This document shows, piece by piece, positions 11,283 through 24,276 of a DNA stretch of 64,000 nt. Source of the stretch: Mobula birostris (Eukaryota); NCBI RefSeq assembly GCF_030028105.1, contig NC_092383.1, positions 85,951,921-86,015,920 on the forward strand. The letters are read 5' to 3'. The position numbers and the translations under genes are program-made. The first letter of the stretch is position 1, and each line of letters opens with the position of its first letter. Under the pieces are notes generated by a model. It searched no databases. It saw nothing but the letters and a program-made list of their open reading frames with translations, and was not told the DNA's origin.

Positions 11283-12920
11283 TGTGGCACCCGCCCCTGT
11301 ATTTCCAATGACCAGCACTATTTATTGCTCTTGTGTTAAAATGTTTTTGTGGGATCATGGAGGTAAGTTCCAGTTCACTTATTGTTACATTTTAACTTGG
11401 GTTATACAGCTATTCGCTTGCATTTGTGATCAACCTAACTGTAACCGGGGTGTGTGATGGTCACTTGCCCCATCTGTATGAGACTGGTGAGTTCACTCTC
11501 CAGGTAATGGTGCCTGGTCTGTTTTGTGTTTATCACAGTAAAACAGTTGTTGAGTTTAACGAGCTTCCTTGTCTGTCATTATGGACCAAATGCTCAGCAC
11601 TTTGGTGTTAGGAGTGGGATACAAGATTGATAATGAGATTGAAGAGCTGCGACATCGTACAGAGAGCCTTAAGACCTGGGGAACAGGTTGAGGGACCGAG
11701 CAGTATGCCCGCTCCACATCGGTTTCATGAAGATGAGACCCAGAGGAAGGACTTGGGAACTGAGCATCATGCCTCAAGGTCTATCCTGAAGCTTCCCAGA
11801 CACAACGGTACCAGTCAAACCTGCCTCATGGCACAACAGGTAGAACCCACCGAGGTGGCGGTGCACCTTTCTGTGGCGCTGGAGGGGGAGTACCTGTGGG
11901 CCCTGTGGACCTAACAACTGGCTGTGCAGCGTGCCTGCGGGGCCCTCACAGCGGCCCTGGAGAGGTGTTTCAAGCAAAGGCCATTGGTGGAAGCAATGAG
12001 GGAAGAACTGTGCAGCAGACGGTATCTTTTGGCAGAAAGCCAGGGGGTGCTCATGGTAGACCTCATCCATTGTGTTCAGCATGGCTACCCCCCAGTTCCC
12101 TCCCGCAGCCCAGGAAGAGCTTGCCCTCCACATCCTTGAAATGCCGGAGCACCTTCGGTAGCAGGTTTGCCTGACAGCACCACCATCGCTGGCCAAGACA
12201 GAGAGGGCAGAAGCAATTTTGGCGCCCCAAGGCATTCCAGCATCGCCCTGCCCCCCCCCCCCCCGTGAGCACTGGATTGTGTGATTGAGGCAAAGGAGGA
12301 GCCTGTGAGACAGGTCCGACCAGTGCCGCGCCGACCTCACTGCAGGCCACGAAACGATCGCTTCTACCGGTTCGATGAAGCAGGCTATTTGGCCCGGGAC
12401 TGCCCCGTACCAGCACCAGCACCGTCACCACGTCACAGCCCAGTGTGGCCATCGGGAAACACCGAGCAGGGGGGCTTCACCTGAGACCTCCAGTAGAATC
12501 TCTCCATTGTCGTCCCTCCGGGCATGCCGTTGGAGTGAAGAGCAAGGCTTATACGTGGACTGCACGGTGGAGGGTATCAGATGCGGTGTGTTGGCGGACA
12601 TGGGGTCAACCATCACTGCCATCCGTCCCTGTGTTCTCCCGAACACAGATACCTATCCACACCTAGGTGGACAACGACGGCGTCCAGCTGGCCACAGTCA
12701 CCAGCGAGTGTGCGCCGATGAGAGGGGTGAGGTTCCTGCGCATCGCAGTGGGGAGAAACACAGCGGAGCATGAGGTGTGGCTCGGCGATATCCAGGAATC
12801 CTGCATCACTGCCCTGGACCTGCTGTCCCGCTGGGGGGGCGGGGGTGCCTGTGTGGACTTGCCGGGGGCAATACTCCATCTTGGTGCTGAAGCCATGGCT
12901 CTCTATCTGTGGAATTCATT
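11283..12920 (+). mobile_element. Truncated Ty3/Gypsy element: 5' LTR, tRNA-Leu PBS, decayed gag and protease
   Basis: TG start at 11283; PBS TGGTGTTAGGAGTGGGAT at 11603-11620, one mismatch to the complement of the tRNA-Leu(CAG) 3' end; knuckle remnant FYRFDEAGYLARDCP; protease-like LADMGSTIT. Confidence 0.75.
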
Positions 12921-14774
12921 GAAAAAGAAGGCTGCTTAGGCACCCTGTTGACCAATGCAAGCTGCAGGAGTTAAACAGTTTGTGCACAATCATTGGAGCT
13001 CAAGGAACAGAGTCTTCTCTCCACCATTCGATCTCCTCTGAACTCCTTGACCCTCGGACTGGGACCAACCACGGTGGTCTACCAGAGTGCTTCCTGCACG
13101 TCCTTCCTCTTTGCCTCTTCTTGCTGAAAATCCACGCGCACTCACTCAGGTTCCCACACGTACAGATAGAATGACATGACTTCCATTGGTTAGTTCCCCA
13201 TTATCTATAATTATAACTCAAACATCTCAGCTACCAAGAACATTACCTCATCAGTTAACGTGACAGAGAAGCCATTTCATTATAACCTACAGAGAAGCCA
13301 TTTAAATATTGGCAGTTAACAGGTAATATTACAGTTAATATTATTGAGAACGCTACATACGTCTGGGAATATTTAAAGTGGATGTTGGTGGTTCTTGTTT
13401 AGTAAGGGTGTCGAAGGTTATGGGGAGAATGGGGCTGAGGTGGATAATAAATCAGCCATTATAAAATGGGAGAGTAAATAGATGGGCGAAATGGCTGAAT
13501 TATTTTGCTGGATTATCGTCTTCTGGTCCTACGGTCTTAAGTGATGGAACACTGCAGGAAGATGATGGAACAATTTGTTTACATGAGGCATCCATTGGTA
13601 CTTCCTTAAATTCTGTTTTGTAAGTCAAGTAAAGAGCATGGATGTTCTCAGCATATCCACTGAGAATTGCCTTGGGATGTCCTCAGAAAGGGAAAGAGCC
13701 CCCTTCAGAATCAGAATCAGGTTTGTCTTCACTGTCTTCTGATGTAAAATTTGCTGTTTTGCAGCAGAAAAAAAAAACGAGCAAGTTCATTCCCTCAGAC
13801 TATTAATGAGTTTGGGTTTAAGATCCAGATTCACAAATGGGACAACTGTAAATAGAATCATCTCAGGCTAATTAAACCCCATCAGATAACCCTGACCTGT
13901 AGAGGTCAAGAGCTCCAAACAGACTCTAGTGTTTTTGCTTCACATCCTCACACAGCAGGTGAAGACTATTGTGCCATATTCCTCCTTGTCAATGAGGTAT
14001 TTAAAAGTTCAAAGTTCAGATTAAGTTTGTTATCAAAGAACATATGTCACCATATACTACCCTGATTATAATTACAATAATGCAGTTCATGTTCTGTTTT
14101 ATTTCCAAGACATTTTATTCTATGTATGTATACTTATGGGTTTTCAGACACATGTTAGTACTGAGAAAAGTTGCACTGTCTGTTTGCAGGTTTACACCCT
14201 GATGACCAATGCAAGCTGCAATAACTTGTAGCTCACTCATTTTAATCAGCACCAATTTTATTTTCAATCTTGTGTCTCTTTCTCACTCCATTTCTTGAAC
14301 ATGCGTTACAAAAGGACAGTAGTCATGTACCTTATCGAAGTTCAAAAAGAGCTGCTGCATACTTCTTGGAGAAACGTCACTCCGGGACAATATCTTCTGC
14401 ACTATCAGTCTTCAGGACGGACATGCCACTCAGGGTTTGGACTGATATTATTATAATTATTTAGTTTTGTGACTCTATGTGCTATTTTAACTATATGTGC
14501 TGTGTGGTGTGTGCTGTGTGTTAATGTATGGACTGTGTTTTTCACCTTGGCTCTGGAGGAATATTGTTTTGTTTAGTTACATGTGCATGGTTAAACTTGA
14601 ACTACAGATTGAACTTGGAAAGTTATGAATAAGTCTTTGTATTTTCGAACTTCATGATTATCACGACAATAATGCAGTTCACATCTTATTTTCAAGACCC
14701 ATTACTGTACATTCATGGGTTACAGGGACTAGAAATTTTAATGCTAGTCTTTCTCACTCCATTTCTATAAACTA

Positions 14775-15320
14775 GGACAGATAGGAGATTCTGCAGCGGC
14801 AAAGGAGACAGCAGGATAGTGTGTTGGCTCCTGTGTGCTAGGGTTCAGGATGCCTCAGAGTGGTTGCAGAATATTCTTGAAGGGGGAGGGTAAGCAGCCA
14901 GCAGTTACAGTACATGTTGGAACCAATGACATAGACAGGAGAGGGGTAGAGGTCCTGCGCCATACATTTAGGGAGTCAGGAAGGAGGCTGAAGAGCAGAA
15001 CCTCCAAGGTGGTAATCTCCAGATTACTCCCGGTGCCACGAGCTAGTGAAGGTCAGAACAGGAAGATAACACAGATCAATGAGTGGCTGAGGGGATGTTG
15101 CGGGGAAAGGTTTCAAGTTCTTGGATCATTGGAACCTTTTCTGGGGAAGGGGTAACCTATACAAATGGGATGGGTTGCACCTGAACTGGAGGGGAGCCAA
15201 TATCCTGGGTGGGAGGTTTGGTCATGCTGTTGGGGGAGGGTTTAAACTAGATTTGCAGCGGGGTGGGAATCGAAGTGAAGTTGCAGAAGATGTGGCAATT
15301 GGTGCACAAGTAGAGACCTT
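14775..15320 (+). mobile_element. CR1 ORF1 SGNH/GDSL-esterase fragment
   Basis: PAVTVHVGTNDI, SKVVISRLLPVPRAS, DGLHLNWRGANIL. Confidence 0.8.
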
Positions 15321-15329
15321 TAAACTGCA

Positions 15330-15960
15330 TTTCTTTAGTGAATGTGAGCACCTGACACAATCGTAACAGAATTTGATCAGCCTGACCGGTTTATGTTCAG
15401 ACATTGCAATTTGTTCACACTCACTTTCATTCCTAACTGCAATTCAATTGCATCTCTGTCTGTGGTTTCCATTGAAACAGCAATTTTAGCTGCTTTCTCT
15501 TGAATATGAGTTGTGCTTCAGTTAGGAGCCATTTTTGACTGCTTTCTTGTAAGGTTCCACAAAATAAATAATCTTTCAGTGTATCATCAAGCCCAGCATT
15601 GAGCTGACAATACTCAGATAATCTCTTCAATTCAGCCACAAACGCTGCAGTGGACTCCCCTTCTTTTTGATTCTGCAAATGAAACCTATAGCATTCTGCC
15701 ATCAACAATAACATTGTTTCTAAATGTTCCTGCACTACTTAAGAATATCATTAAAGCTAATTTCTGGTTTGGTTGAACCAATCAAACTTTGAAGCAAATT
15801 GTATGCCTTTACAGACAAAGCACTCAGCAAAATTGGCACACATTTCTCATTGTCTATTACAGTTGCTTCAAACTAATGTTGAATTAGCTCAGTATACATA
15901 TTCCAATTATCTGCTGTGGAATCAAATGAGCCAATCTTTCTGATATTTCTGCAGTTTTAA
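15330..15960 (-). mobile_element. Ty3/Gypsy gag fragment
   Basis: AECYRFHLQNQKEGESTAAFVAELKRLSEYCQL..LDDTLKDYLFCG matches the retrotransposon gag motif. Confidence 0.75.
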
Positions 15961-16387
15961 ATTATGTTTATCACCCAGTACTAACCCTTTATGAATGGAT
16001 GAATTCTTCCAATTTCTGACATTTTTCAAACTTGATCATGTTCTCCCTTCAGAAGAACATGTTCTGTGCTGCTTTTCTTTTATTAAACTTGACCACCTCT
16101 GCATATGCTGGGCTTCTTTTTTTTTTGTTCAAGTCTTTTGCTGCTCTTCAAAAGGTCCACAGACTTCTAAGATTCGTTTTAAAAATACCTTGTCACAAGT
16201 GCTGCATTTTCTAACTTCAGAATATCAGACTAATTCAAAAGAAAATACAGGGGTTGGGGAATGTGGATCTAACTTCATTCTTCACTTCAAGTGAGGGCTG
16301 CATGTATCACGTGAATTGCATACATCATTGCACTGGCACATATTTATACATTTAACCCCTGATGAATGATTTACATGAACAAAATTT

Positions 16388-16399
16388 ATATATATATAG

Positions 16400-16452
<53 letters not shown>

Positions 16453-16459
16453 CACACAC
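16388..16459. repeat. Compound (TA)n(CA)n microsatellite
   Basis: Read directly. Confidence 0.95.
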
Positions 16460-17194
16460 GCTCACAAGATCACACAAATAGAAATTAAATATTAAATACA
16501 CAGAAGTCTCCAATAGCTAGGATCAAAGGACAGTCCTGGAATAGAGGTCATCCCTTTAGAACAGAACTGAGGAGAAATTTTGTGGCCAGAGGATGGTGAA
16601 TCTGTGGAATTCATTGCCACAGATGGCTGTGGAGACCAAGTCATTGGGTATATTTAAAGCAGAAGTGGATAGGTTCTTGATTAGTAAGGGCGTCAAAGTC
16701 TTCAAGGACAAGACTGCAGAATTACGTTGAGTGGGATAATAAATCAGCTATGATAGAACGGCAAAGCAAACTTGAAGCAATGAATGGCTTAATCCTGATC
16801 CTTTGCTTACACAGTATCTTATGGTCTTAACTCCATCAAGAAAATCCAGGAGCCTGAATGTGATCTATTCGCCATGTATAATGTCACTGTAGTGAAGAAT
16901 ACTAGCATTATTTTTTCACCTTCATGAAGTTAACAATTGAATGACAAGAGAGATTAATTCTCCACGAATGTTATATTTGCACAATTTCTGAAGAAGTATG
17001 AATATTTGATCCTGGTACAAAATTCCAGCACTATCTGTGTGATCCAGAAGCCTTCACTTTACCTTATAGAGCAGTCTGTGGGGAGCTGATTCATTGCGTC
17101 TCTGTAAAAGGCAACCGTCAAATCATCAGACTCATCGACACTGGGAACTCTGCTATACAGTTGTATCTGGAGCTTGGACTCCAATATATTCGCA

Positions 17195-17203
17195 TCAAGC
17201 ATT
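17195..17203 (-). CDS. Candidate terminal coding exon, very short cytoplasmic tail (N-A-stop)
   Basis: Acceptor gtgtttgcag|AAT GCT TGA 143 nt below the TM donor; phase 0 matches the TM exon. Other acceptors further downstream cannot be excluded. Confidence 0.4.
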   Translation of the reverse strand, partial: NA

Positions 17204-17346
17204 CTGCAAACACACAGTGTGCCAACATCTTGTCAATTTCATCGGCAAATAGCTTTGTATTGACCATTGGATAAGAAAAAGTAAATGTCTTCCCTTAAAT
17301 GATGAGTATGTTTCAAAGCAAATTCCACTGATGTCCAGAAGCCTAC

Positions 17347-17437
17347 CTTAGTTTCCCTTGTGAGCCATGTGACTGAAATCATGCAGATCATCAGCAGAGC
17401 GATGAGTAGCCAACGGCCCATTTTCCTTATCATGAAA
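17347..17437 (-). CDS. Transmembrane exon with a charged Arg: (S)FMIRKMGRWLLIALLMICMISVTWLTRETK
   Basis: Acceptor ctttgctcag|T at 17437 and donor AAG|gtaggc at 17347; 91 nt, phase 2-0, matching the stalk exon's phase 2 donor. Hydrophobic run preceded by GRW. Confidence 0.8.
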
Positions 17438-18700
17438 CTGAGCAAAGGGGAAGAGATACAGAACTGATGAGATGAACTGAGATGGTTTTGCATTTGAAAC
17501 ATTCATCTCTTGTTTACTCTGTAACCGTAATGAAGTGGAGAGTGCAAAGTAAGCAGAGCAGAGAAGTTCAACTAGAAGAGTAAACTAGTGTTGACTGAAT
17601 GGTGGGTTGCAGAAGGGAGAAGAGCCTGATCATCAGTTGTAATAAAACCAAATTTTCTCAAGGCAATAGCAACATTTTGCATTGTGTTCATTCATTGTTT
17701 CTGTTGTGGTTGTTGGAATTACTGAGTATGCCACGATAAAATGAATCTTAGTGTTGTGTATGGTGACATATTCCTGTATATACTTTACTTTGAACTTTGA
17801 AATCCTTTCTGCAATTCATCCAGTGTAATAATATCTGTTTTTTTAGCAGATTACCAATTTCTCTACTAGGATTCATGCCAGAAACCTTCTTTACTACCCC
17901 ATCTTTTTCTGACTCCACTTTCAGGGAACCATGTACCTGAATTCCAAGATCCCATTGATCTTCAACACTTCCTAGGACCAACCATGCACCATGAAAGTCT
18001 TACTTGATTTGACTTTTGAAAATACAAAACTTGGCACATTTCTGAATTAAACTCCAGTTTGCTATTCCTCAGCCCAAAAACCCAGCTAATCAAGATTCTT
18101 CAAAATCCTATTCACTGTGTGAAAAACAATCTGTCTGAGTGTCATCTGCAAGTGATATTTTTTCTCCAATTATTGTTATTGAGACTTTGGCCAACCCTGC
18201 AAGATGTTACGTTATTGCTTGTTGCTCTGCCAGCAATCTTTGAGTCAGTGAATGTCAATGAATATCAGAGTAAGGGAAAGCAGCATCCTAAGGTTTGGCA
18301 AACACAAAACTCATCTCACAGCATGGGAGAGGGCTAGTGATGGAATAGTCATGGAGAATACTGCATGCCAACCCTTTGAATGTAACAAATGATTCTTATT
18401 TCCAAAGGATAAACTTTATAGCAAGAGATTAGGCTTGCTGTCCTTGGAGCAGATGGGGTGGAGAGTGGATATAGTTGAGGGATGGGAAATTATGAGACGT
18501 ACAGGATGGAGAGACGACAGCAAATTTTCCTCATTCTCAGAGGTGAATAAAACAAAATGACATAGATTTAGAAGGGATTTGAAGGGATTGTTTTTACCCA
18601 GAGAGTGGTGGAAACAGAGTCATAGTCAGTGTTTGTGACGTGTCTGAATGAGATCTTAAGTCACAACTCCATAAAGGTGCTGGAAGATAGAGTTTACATA

Positions 18701-19110
18701 CAGTATTGTGCAAAAGTCTAAGGCACATGGAGAATAATTCTGTAAAGTGAAGATGCTTTCAAAAATAATGAAACAAAAAGTTTTTAAATATCTAAAAAAT
18801 AACTATAATGTGCAGTTAGCAGTAAGAAACTAAATCAAATCAATATTGGGTGTCACCACACTTTGCCTTTAAAACCAATTCTTTTCAGCACACTGTCATG
18901 CAGTTTTATAGGAAAATTGTCTGGTAGATTATTCCAAGCATCTTGGAGAACTTGCTAACTTCTTCTGCAGACTTTGGCTTGCTCACTTGGTTCTGTCTCT
19001 CCAGGTAATCCCAGACAGCCTCAATTTTGAGATCAGGGCTCTCTGGAAATGATGCCATCTGAAACTATATAAAAAAAATCAAGGGTGCCTAAGACATTTG
19101 CAGTGTTCTG
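18701..19110. mobile_element. Tc1-type non-autonomous element (410 bp) flanked by TA
   Basis: TA|CAGTATTGTGCAAAAGTCTAAGGCAC ... GTGCCTAAGACATTTGCAGTGTTCTG|TA imperfect TIRs. Confidence 0.75.
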
Positions 19111-19837
19111 TAGATGGATGTGCAATGGAAATCCACATGGTCTTTGTCTGTGTTGTACGACTCTAGGACCATATGATTTTGTTACACAACAGCATTATCT
19201 GAACCCTGAAGCTTAAAGTTCAATGTGGATTTATTATCAAAATACATATCTGTCACCATATACAACCCTGAGATTCAATTTCTTGTGGGCATACTCAATA
19301 AATCTGAAGAATAATAACCACAACAGAATCAATGAAAAACCAGCCAACTAGAGCGATCAACTAAAGTGCAGAAAACAACAAACTGTGCAAATAGAAAAAG
19401 AAGAAATAATAATATTAATTAAATAAGGAAAAAAAATCGAGAACATGAGATGAAGAGTTCTTGAAAGTGAGTCAATTTGCTGCGTGCACATTTCAATAAT
19501 GGGACAAGTGAAATTGAGTGAGGTTATCCCCTTTGGTTATCATTATCCATTCCAATAATCTACTTCCAATAAAAAACTATATCAATTTTCATGTCTAAGT
19601 TATTGCAGAATATTTGGAGAGATTAATTTACCTTGGATTCTTGGTCTTAAAACATGTAGTAGAGAATTAATTATACTACTGGATGTGGAAATGAAAACAA
19701 TATTCTCACAGACATTCAGTTTAAATGAATAAACTTGTAATTTCCACTTTAATGTCCTCTTTTACAGGAACAGGGCAATCATATCACCAGCAATGAGAAC
19801 ATTGTACATTTAAGCAGAACTGGATCAAGTGACTTAC

Positions 19838-19883
19838 CTTGCAGTTGATACTGTTGTAAATGTTTCACATGAATATTCACATC
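19838..19883 (-). CDS. Short stalk exon (G)CEYSCETFTTVSTA(S)
   Basis: Acceptor ctcaatag|GA at 19883 and strong donor AAG|gtaagt at 19838; 46 nt, phase 1-2, exactly bridging phase-1 Ig exons to the phase-2 TM exon. Confidence 0.75.
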
Positions 19884-20739
19884 CTATTGAGGCAAGGAAA
19901 GATAATTCAGTCTCACGTGTTTTCCAAGTGCAGTCAAGCAAGGGTACATGATTGACGTGTGGAAACTCATGCCTCAATAAAGGGCTGATTGGTTACATGG
20001 GGGTGAGTAATTTCTGTTTCCTGTGTATATCTGAACACCGATATTCCTGGGGAAGTTATGGGGCTTTGATCGCTGGGATTGCAAACCCTATTTAATCCCG
20101 TGCAAGCAGAAGTGAAAGTTCCAGCCAGGCGAATGACACCTGCCAGCTCTGGGAGACCTGTTCTTGGGGTCTCAACATCCACCAGAGGGATGAACTCATC
20201 TCTGCACTGAGTGTATGTGGAGATACTGGACCAAGTACAGTTGTTGATACAACAGGATAATGCTTCTGTTCTCAATGAAAAGACAACTCCTGATATAATA
20301 CAAAATACTGAAGGAATTCAACAGCTCAGGCAACATCTACGGAAAGAATAAACAGTAGACATTGCAGACGAAAATCCCTTCTGATGAAGGATTTTGGCCT
20401 GAAACGCTTACTGTTTATTCCTTTGCATAGATGCTGAGTTCCTCCATCATTTTGGATATGTTGCTCTTGTTGTTCATCAGCTGCAGAATCTCTTGTGTTC
20501 CTGTTCTAATAGTGGGCAGACAAATGTCAGTAAACATCATAGAGTTATACAGTATGGGATCAGGCCCTTCAGCTCGACTCATTCACACTGACCCGCCTGA
20601 GCTAGTTCCACCTATTGTATTAGTCCTATTTCCCTTTTCTATATATGTGCTGATCCAGTACTCTGCCTTCAAATGTCATCTTCCAAAATGTATACCTTCA
20701 CACTTTTCCAGATAGAACTCCATTCTGCATCCTGTCTAT

Positions 20740-21100
20740 GTCCATAAGACTACAAGGATCAGAAGACGTAGAAGCAGAATTAGGCCTTCAGCCCATCAAG
20801 CCTGGTCCACCATTTTATCATAACTGATGAATTGTCTTCTCAACCCCATTCTCCTGCCTTCTCTTCATTACCTTTCATGCCCTGGTTAATTAAGGACCAA
20901 TCAACTACTGCCTTAAAGACACTCAGTGACATGGCTTCCACCACTGCTTGTGGCAACAAATTCCCGTCTCACCAACCTCTGGTAAGGAAATTGCTCCTCA
21001 CCTTTGTCCTAAGTGGACATCCCTCTCTTTTGAGTTTGTGCCCACTAGTCCTCGGCTACCCCACCAACAGAAACATTCTCTTCACATCCACTTTCAACAT
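20740..21100 (-). mobile_element. CR1 3' end fragment; similar fragments at about 16530-16830(+), 17770-18060(-), 22460-22900(-), 31160-31700(+), 38680-39020(+) and 51230-51430(-)
   Basis: Recognisable CR1 C-terminal and 3'UTR motifs (NLWNSL, gggctgaatggcct..ctcct, cttatg tails). Confidence 0.65.
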
Positions 21101-21795
21101 TTGATGGGTCTGCTGCGGCCATTCTTCCTGAGTTCTTACACAAACTGCACGTGGTTTAACCTGTTCAATTCCCTCTATTTTCCATGAAACAAACCAGTGG
21201 AAAATGTTTAGAAATCTACAAGAAGCGAGTTTGGGTATTTGCTGTTTTTCAAAGATGAGAAAATCTCAGTCAGCAACCAGAAACATCAGCCACCTAGATA
21301 CAAAGCTACCATACTCAGAAAGATAGGATACTCTCTGGTTTAAGTCTCACTTCTCAGCTACTGAACATGGCATGCCATTCTCTGCAAGACTTGTCACAGC
21401 AGAGACAGAATATTCCAGAAATGCTTGAATGCAGCCTTAAGAACATAGATTAACACTCCCACTCCACTACTCAGCCCTCCACAAAACCCACCACCACTAC
21501 TTTATCATTTCATATCAGCCACCTGAGTTACAAGCACAATTGTGCCTAGTGGCACTTTATGAACATGCAATAAATGTATATAAAGTGCCTTTTGTATTTA
21601 TATTTATTGTGTTTATTTATGACTGTGATCTATATCTTAGACTGTTTTATTTGTGCTGCATCGGATCCAGAGTAACAATTATTTTGTTCTCCTGGCACTT
21701 GTGTATTGGAAATGACATTAAGCAATCTCAAATCTTGCAAATTGTACATGATACTCAATCAACCTCCCTACTGATTCACACCCTCCACCACTTAC

Positions 21796-22116
21796 CAGTG
21801 CCAGTGAATCGGATCACAAAACTGCAGTTGTCTCCTCTGTTTTATATGGACACATTCACTATTTCACTAGTCTTTGCTCCATGAATATTTGAGGCTGTGC
21901 AGTAATATTGATGGAGCTGGTGTTTGAAGGATTGACAACTTAAATTCAGTTTAGTTGAGTTTGGGATCTTTGAATCCACAGAGGAGATGTTTTCATACTA
22001 CGTGTACTGAATGGGAAGGGATCCCTGGACAGACTCACAGGACACTGACACGGAGCCCCCACCACACGAGACATTTGCAGAAAAGAGAAATTGAAGCATA
22101 GGATCAGACACCGGTT
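21796..22116 (-). pseudogene. Unit B second C2-type Ig exon, two nonsense codons
   Basis: 321 nt with intact ag/gt sites. Conserved Trp codon is TAG (21998-22000, QYT*YE) and there is a TAA at 21842-21844; the rest aligns with the 2962-3282 exon. Confidence 0.88.
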
Positions 22117-23422
22117 CTTAGGGAAAGAATCATTGAACATCAGAAAGTCAATAAAGATGCCATAAGTGGGGATCTGAACTCCACATCTGTCGTGGCTCTG
22201 CATCCTCGCAGATGCCTGAACTGCCACATTTGCCATTATCCTAAAACACAGCAGAATTACAGATCAGGACAGCAGTGATGACGCTGAGGGTGTGTCAGTG
22301 TGAAAATGAGAGTTACAATCTCTCTCAGCATCAAGGAGACTGTCTCCAGTGCTGTTTGGAAAATTCAAGGCAAGCATTGTTTTAAGGTGCCATCTTCAGG
22401 CACACAGACGGAACAGATACAAGAGCAATATTAGAGATGCATTTAGACTAACCCACTAAAAGGAGTAGAATTAGGCCATTTGGTCTATTGGGTCTGCTCT
22501 GACATTCAATAATGCTGATAAATATTTTCCTTCTCAAACCCATTCTGCTGCCTTCTCCCTGAATCCTTTGATGGCCTTACTAATCAAGAACCTATCATAC
22601 TACACTTTAAGTATACCCAATCACTTGGCTTCCATTGCCTTCTGTGGCAATGAATTCCAAGAATCACTACCGTCTGGCTCAAGAAATTCCTCCTCAGCTC
22701 TATTCAAAACGAATGTCCTCCTATTGTCTCTCTCCCGCGGTCTAGACTCCTCCATGGTTGGAAACGTGCTTTCTACGTCTTCTCTATCTAGTCTTCAATA
22801 TTTTATAGGTTTCAATGAGATCCCCTCTCATTCTTCTAAATTCTAGTGAGTAAAGGCACAGAGCCATCCAATGTATCTCATATGTTAACCCTTTCATTCT
22901 GGGGAACATGGTCAGTGATACATGGCGGGCTGAAGGGCCTGTTTCTGGCCTGGAAGGTTCATGTTCAAACTTCTTCTGTAGTCCCATTGCAGTATTTTCC
23001 ATACGGGAATGGGCCGGGTGGAGGGGTCGGCTGCTGGGTGTGGGTGGTCAGCGGGTGCTGAGTGTGGGGGCTCAGAGTGGCATGATTTGGGGGAAGAAGC
23101 ACAGAGAGAGAGACAGACACAGAGAGACAGAAAGAAAAAAAAACATGGAGCAACTGATCAGTGGCCACTTTATTATGTACAGGAGGTGTCTAATAAAGTG
23201 GCCCCTGATCGTTGAAAGGCAGCAACTTGTGAGATATTGTCACATGTTTAGTGGCTTTCAGGAGAGAATGAAATTTTGACTGGGTTCAGTGACCTACCAT
23301 ATAGAAGGAAACATTTGGCACTGATATTAATGCAGAGATAGTGAGGGATGGACAGGGTGACAACAAAGATCATGAGACATTAACTTTATGGAAGGAACGA
23401 TGTTAATCCCCGGGAAACCTAC

Positions 23423-23544
23423 CATCAGATACTTGTAAACGTACGTTAAACATCGGATCGTAACCTGTTGTTTCAATAGCACAGCTGTACCATATTGTAT
23501 CTTCAGAGCGAAGATCCTTCATAGTAACAGTAAATACTCCCTGC
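23423..23544 (-). pseudogene. 3' half of a V-type Ig exon
   Basis: QGVFTVTMKDLRSEDTIWYSCAIETTGYDPMFNVRLQVSD followed by an intact G|gtaggt donor; the 5' half is replaced by unrelated sequence. Downstream intron is homologous to 26700-26960. Confidence 0.88.
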
Positions 23545-23955
23545 GGTGTGGTGGGGCTGGGCTGGCCTCCTTCCAGAGGACTGAGCTGAGTCTGCTGAGC
23601 TCTGACAACTAATTTCCTTTTAATATTTATTAAGGTATTTAGACCACGAGCGACATTTTTATCTCACTGATCTGTTGTTGTTAGATTATTAGTTTATGTC
23701 TGAATGCAAACCTCTGACAGGGTGACATTTCATACAGTTCAGAGGCAGGAGAATGTGCTGAGCCTCCCCCTAGAAATCGGTGTCCAGTCAGTGGGTCGGA
23801 AAACATGAGTAGAGTATCCCGATCCCTTCGCACTCACAACAGGCCTCAGCACTGCTGAGGAGCTTCAGGATATTCCTGCTGCCCAGACACTTCCAGGAGA
23901 AAACATGGATCAGACATTTCAATGGAGACCTAATGTCAATCAATGAGAAACCTAC

Positions 23956-24276
23956 CGTCAGGTACTTGTAGATGCACATCAAACACTGGATGATTGCCAG
24001 ATATTGTAACTCCACATCTGTAAAGTCCTGTATCATTAAAGACAAGATTCTCCATAGTAACAGTAAATATTCCCTGGGATGTGTTATCTCTGATTGTCAT
24101 TCTTCCATACTGCTCATTTGTCCCATTTGTATTCACTAACAATGTGCATTGACGACCCCAGATGCGGCACAAATACTTTGTGTGTGAAGAGTACATTAGT
24201 GCATAGTGACAATCGATTGTGATCGCTCTTCCCACAACTCCTCTTACTTTATCTTCTGCCCATAAAGCACCCGAAA
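23956..24276 (-). CDS. Unit B second V-type Ig exon (open)
   Basis: Acceptor ctccctcag|TT at 24276 and donor GACG|gtaggt at 23956; 321 nt, open. ITIDCHY..KYLCRIWGRQC..DTGLYRCG; canonical Trp replaced by Leu. Confidence 0.88.

Noticed and set aside
11603-11620. tRNA gene
   Set aside because: Only 18 nt complementary to a tRNA 3' end, directly after an LTR: a primer-binding site. The B-box near 6820 is likewise a SINE remnant.
19967-20290. 102-aa ORF with a phase-1 acceptor between the C2 and stalk exons
   Set aside because: No recognisable domain or paralogous copy, it abuts a SINE-like repeat, and the 46-nt exon at 19838-19883 already bridges the phases.
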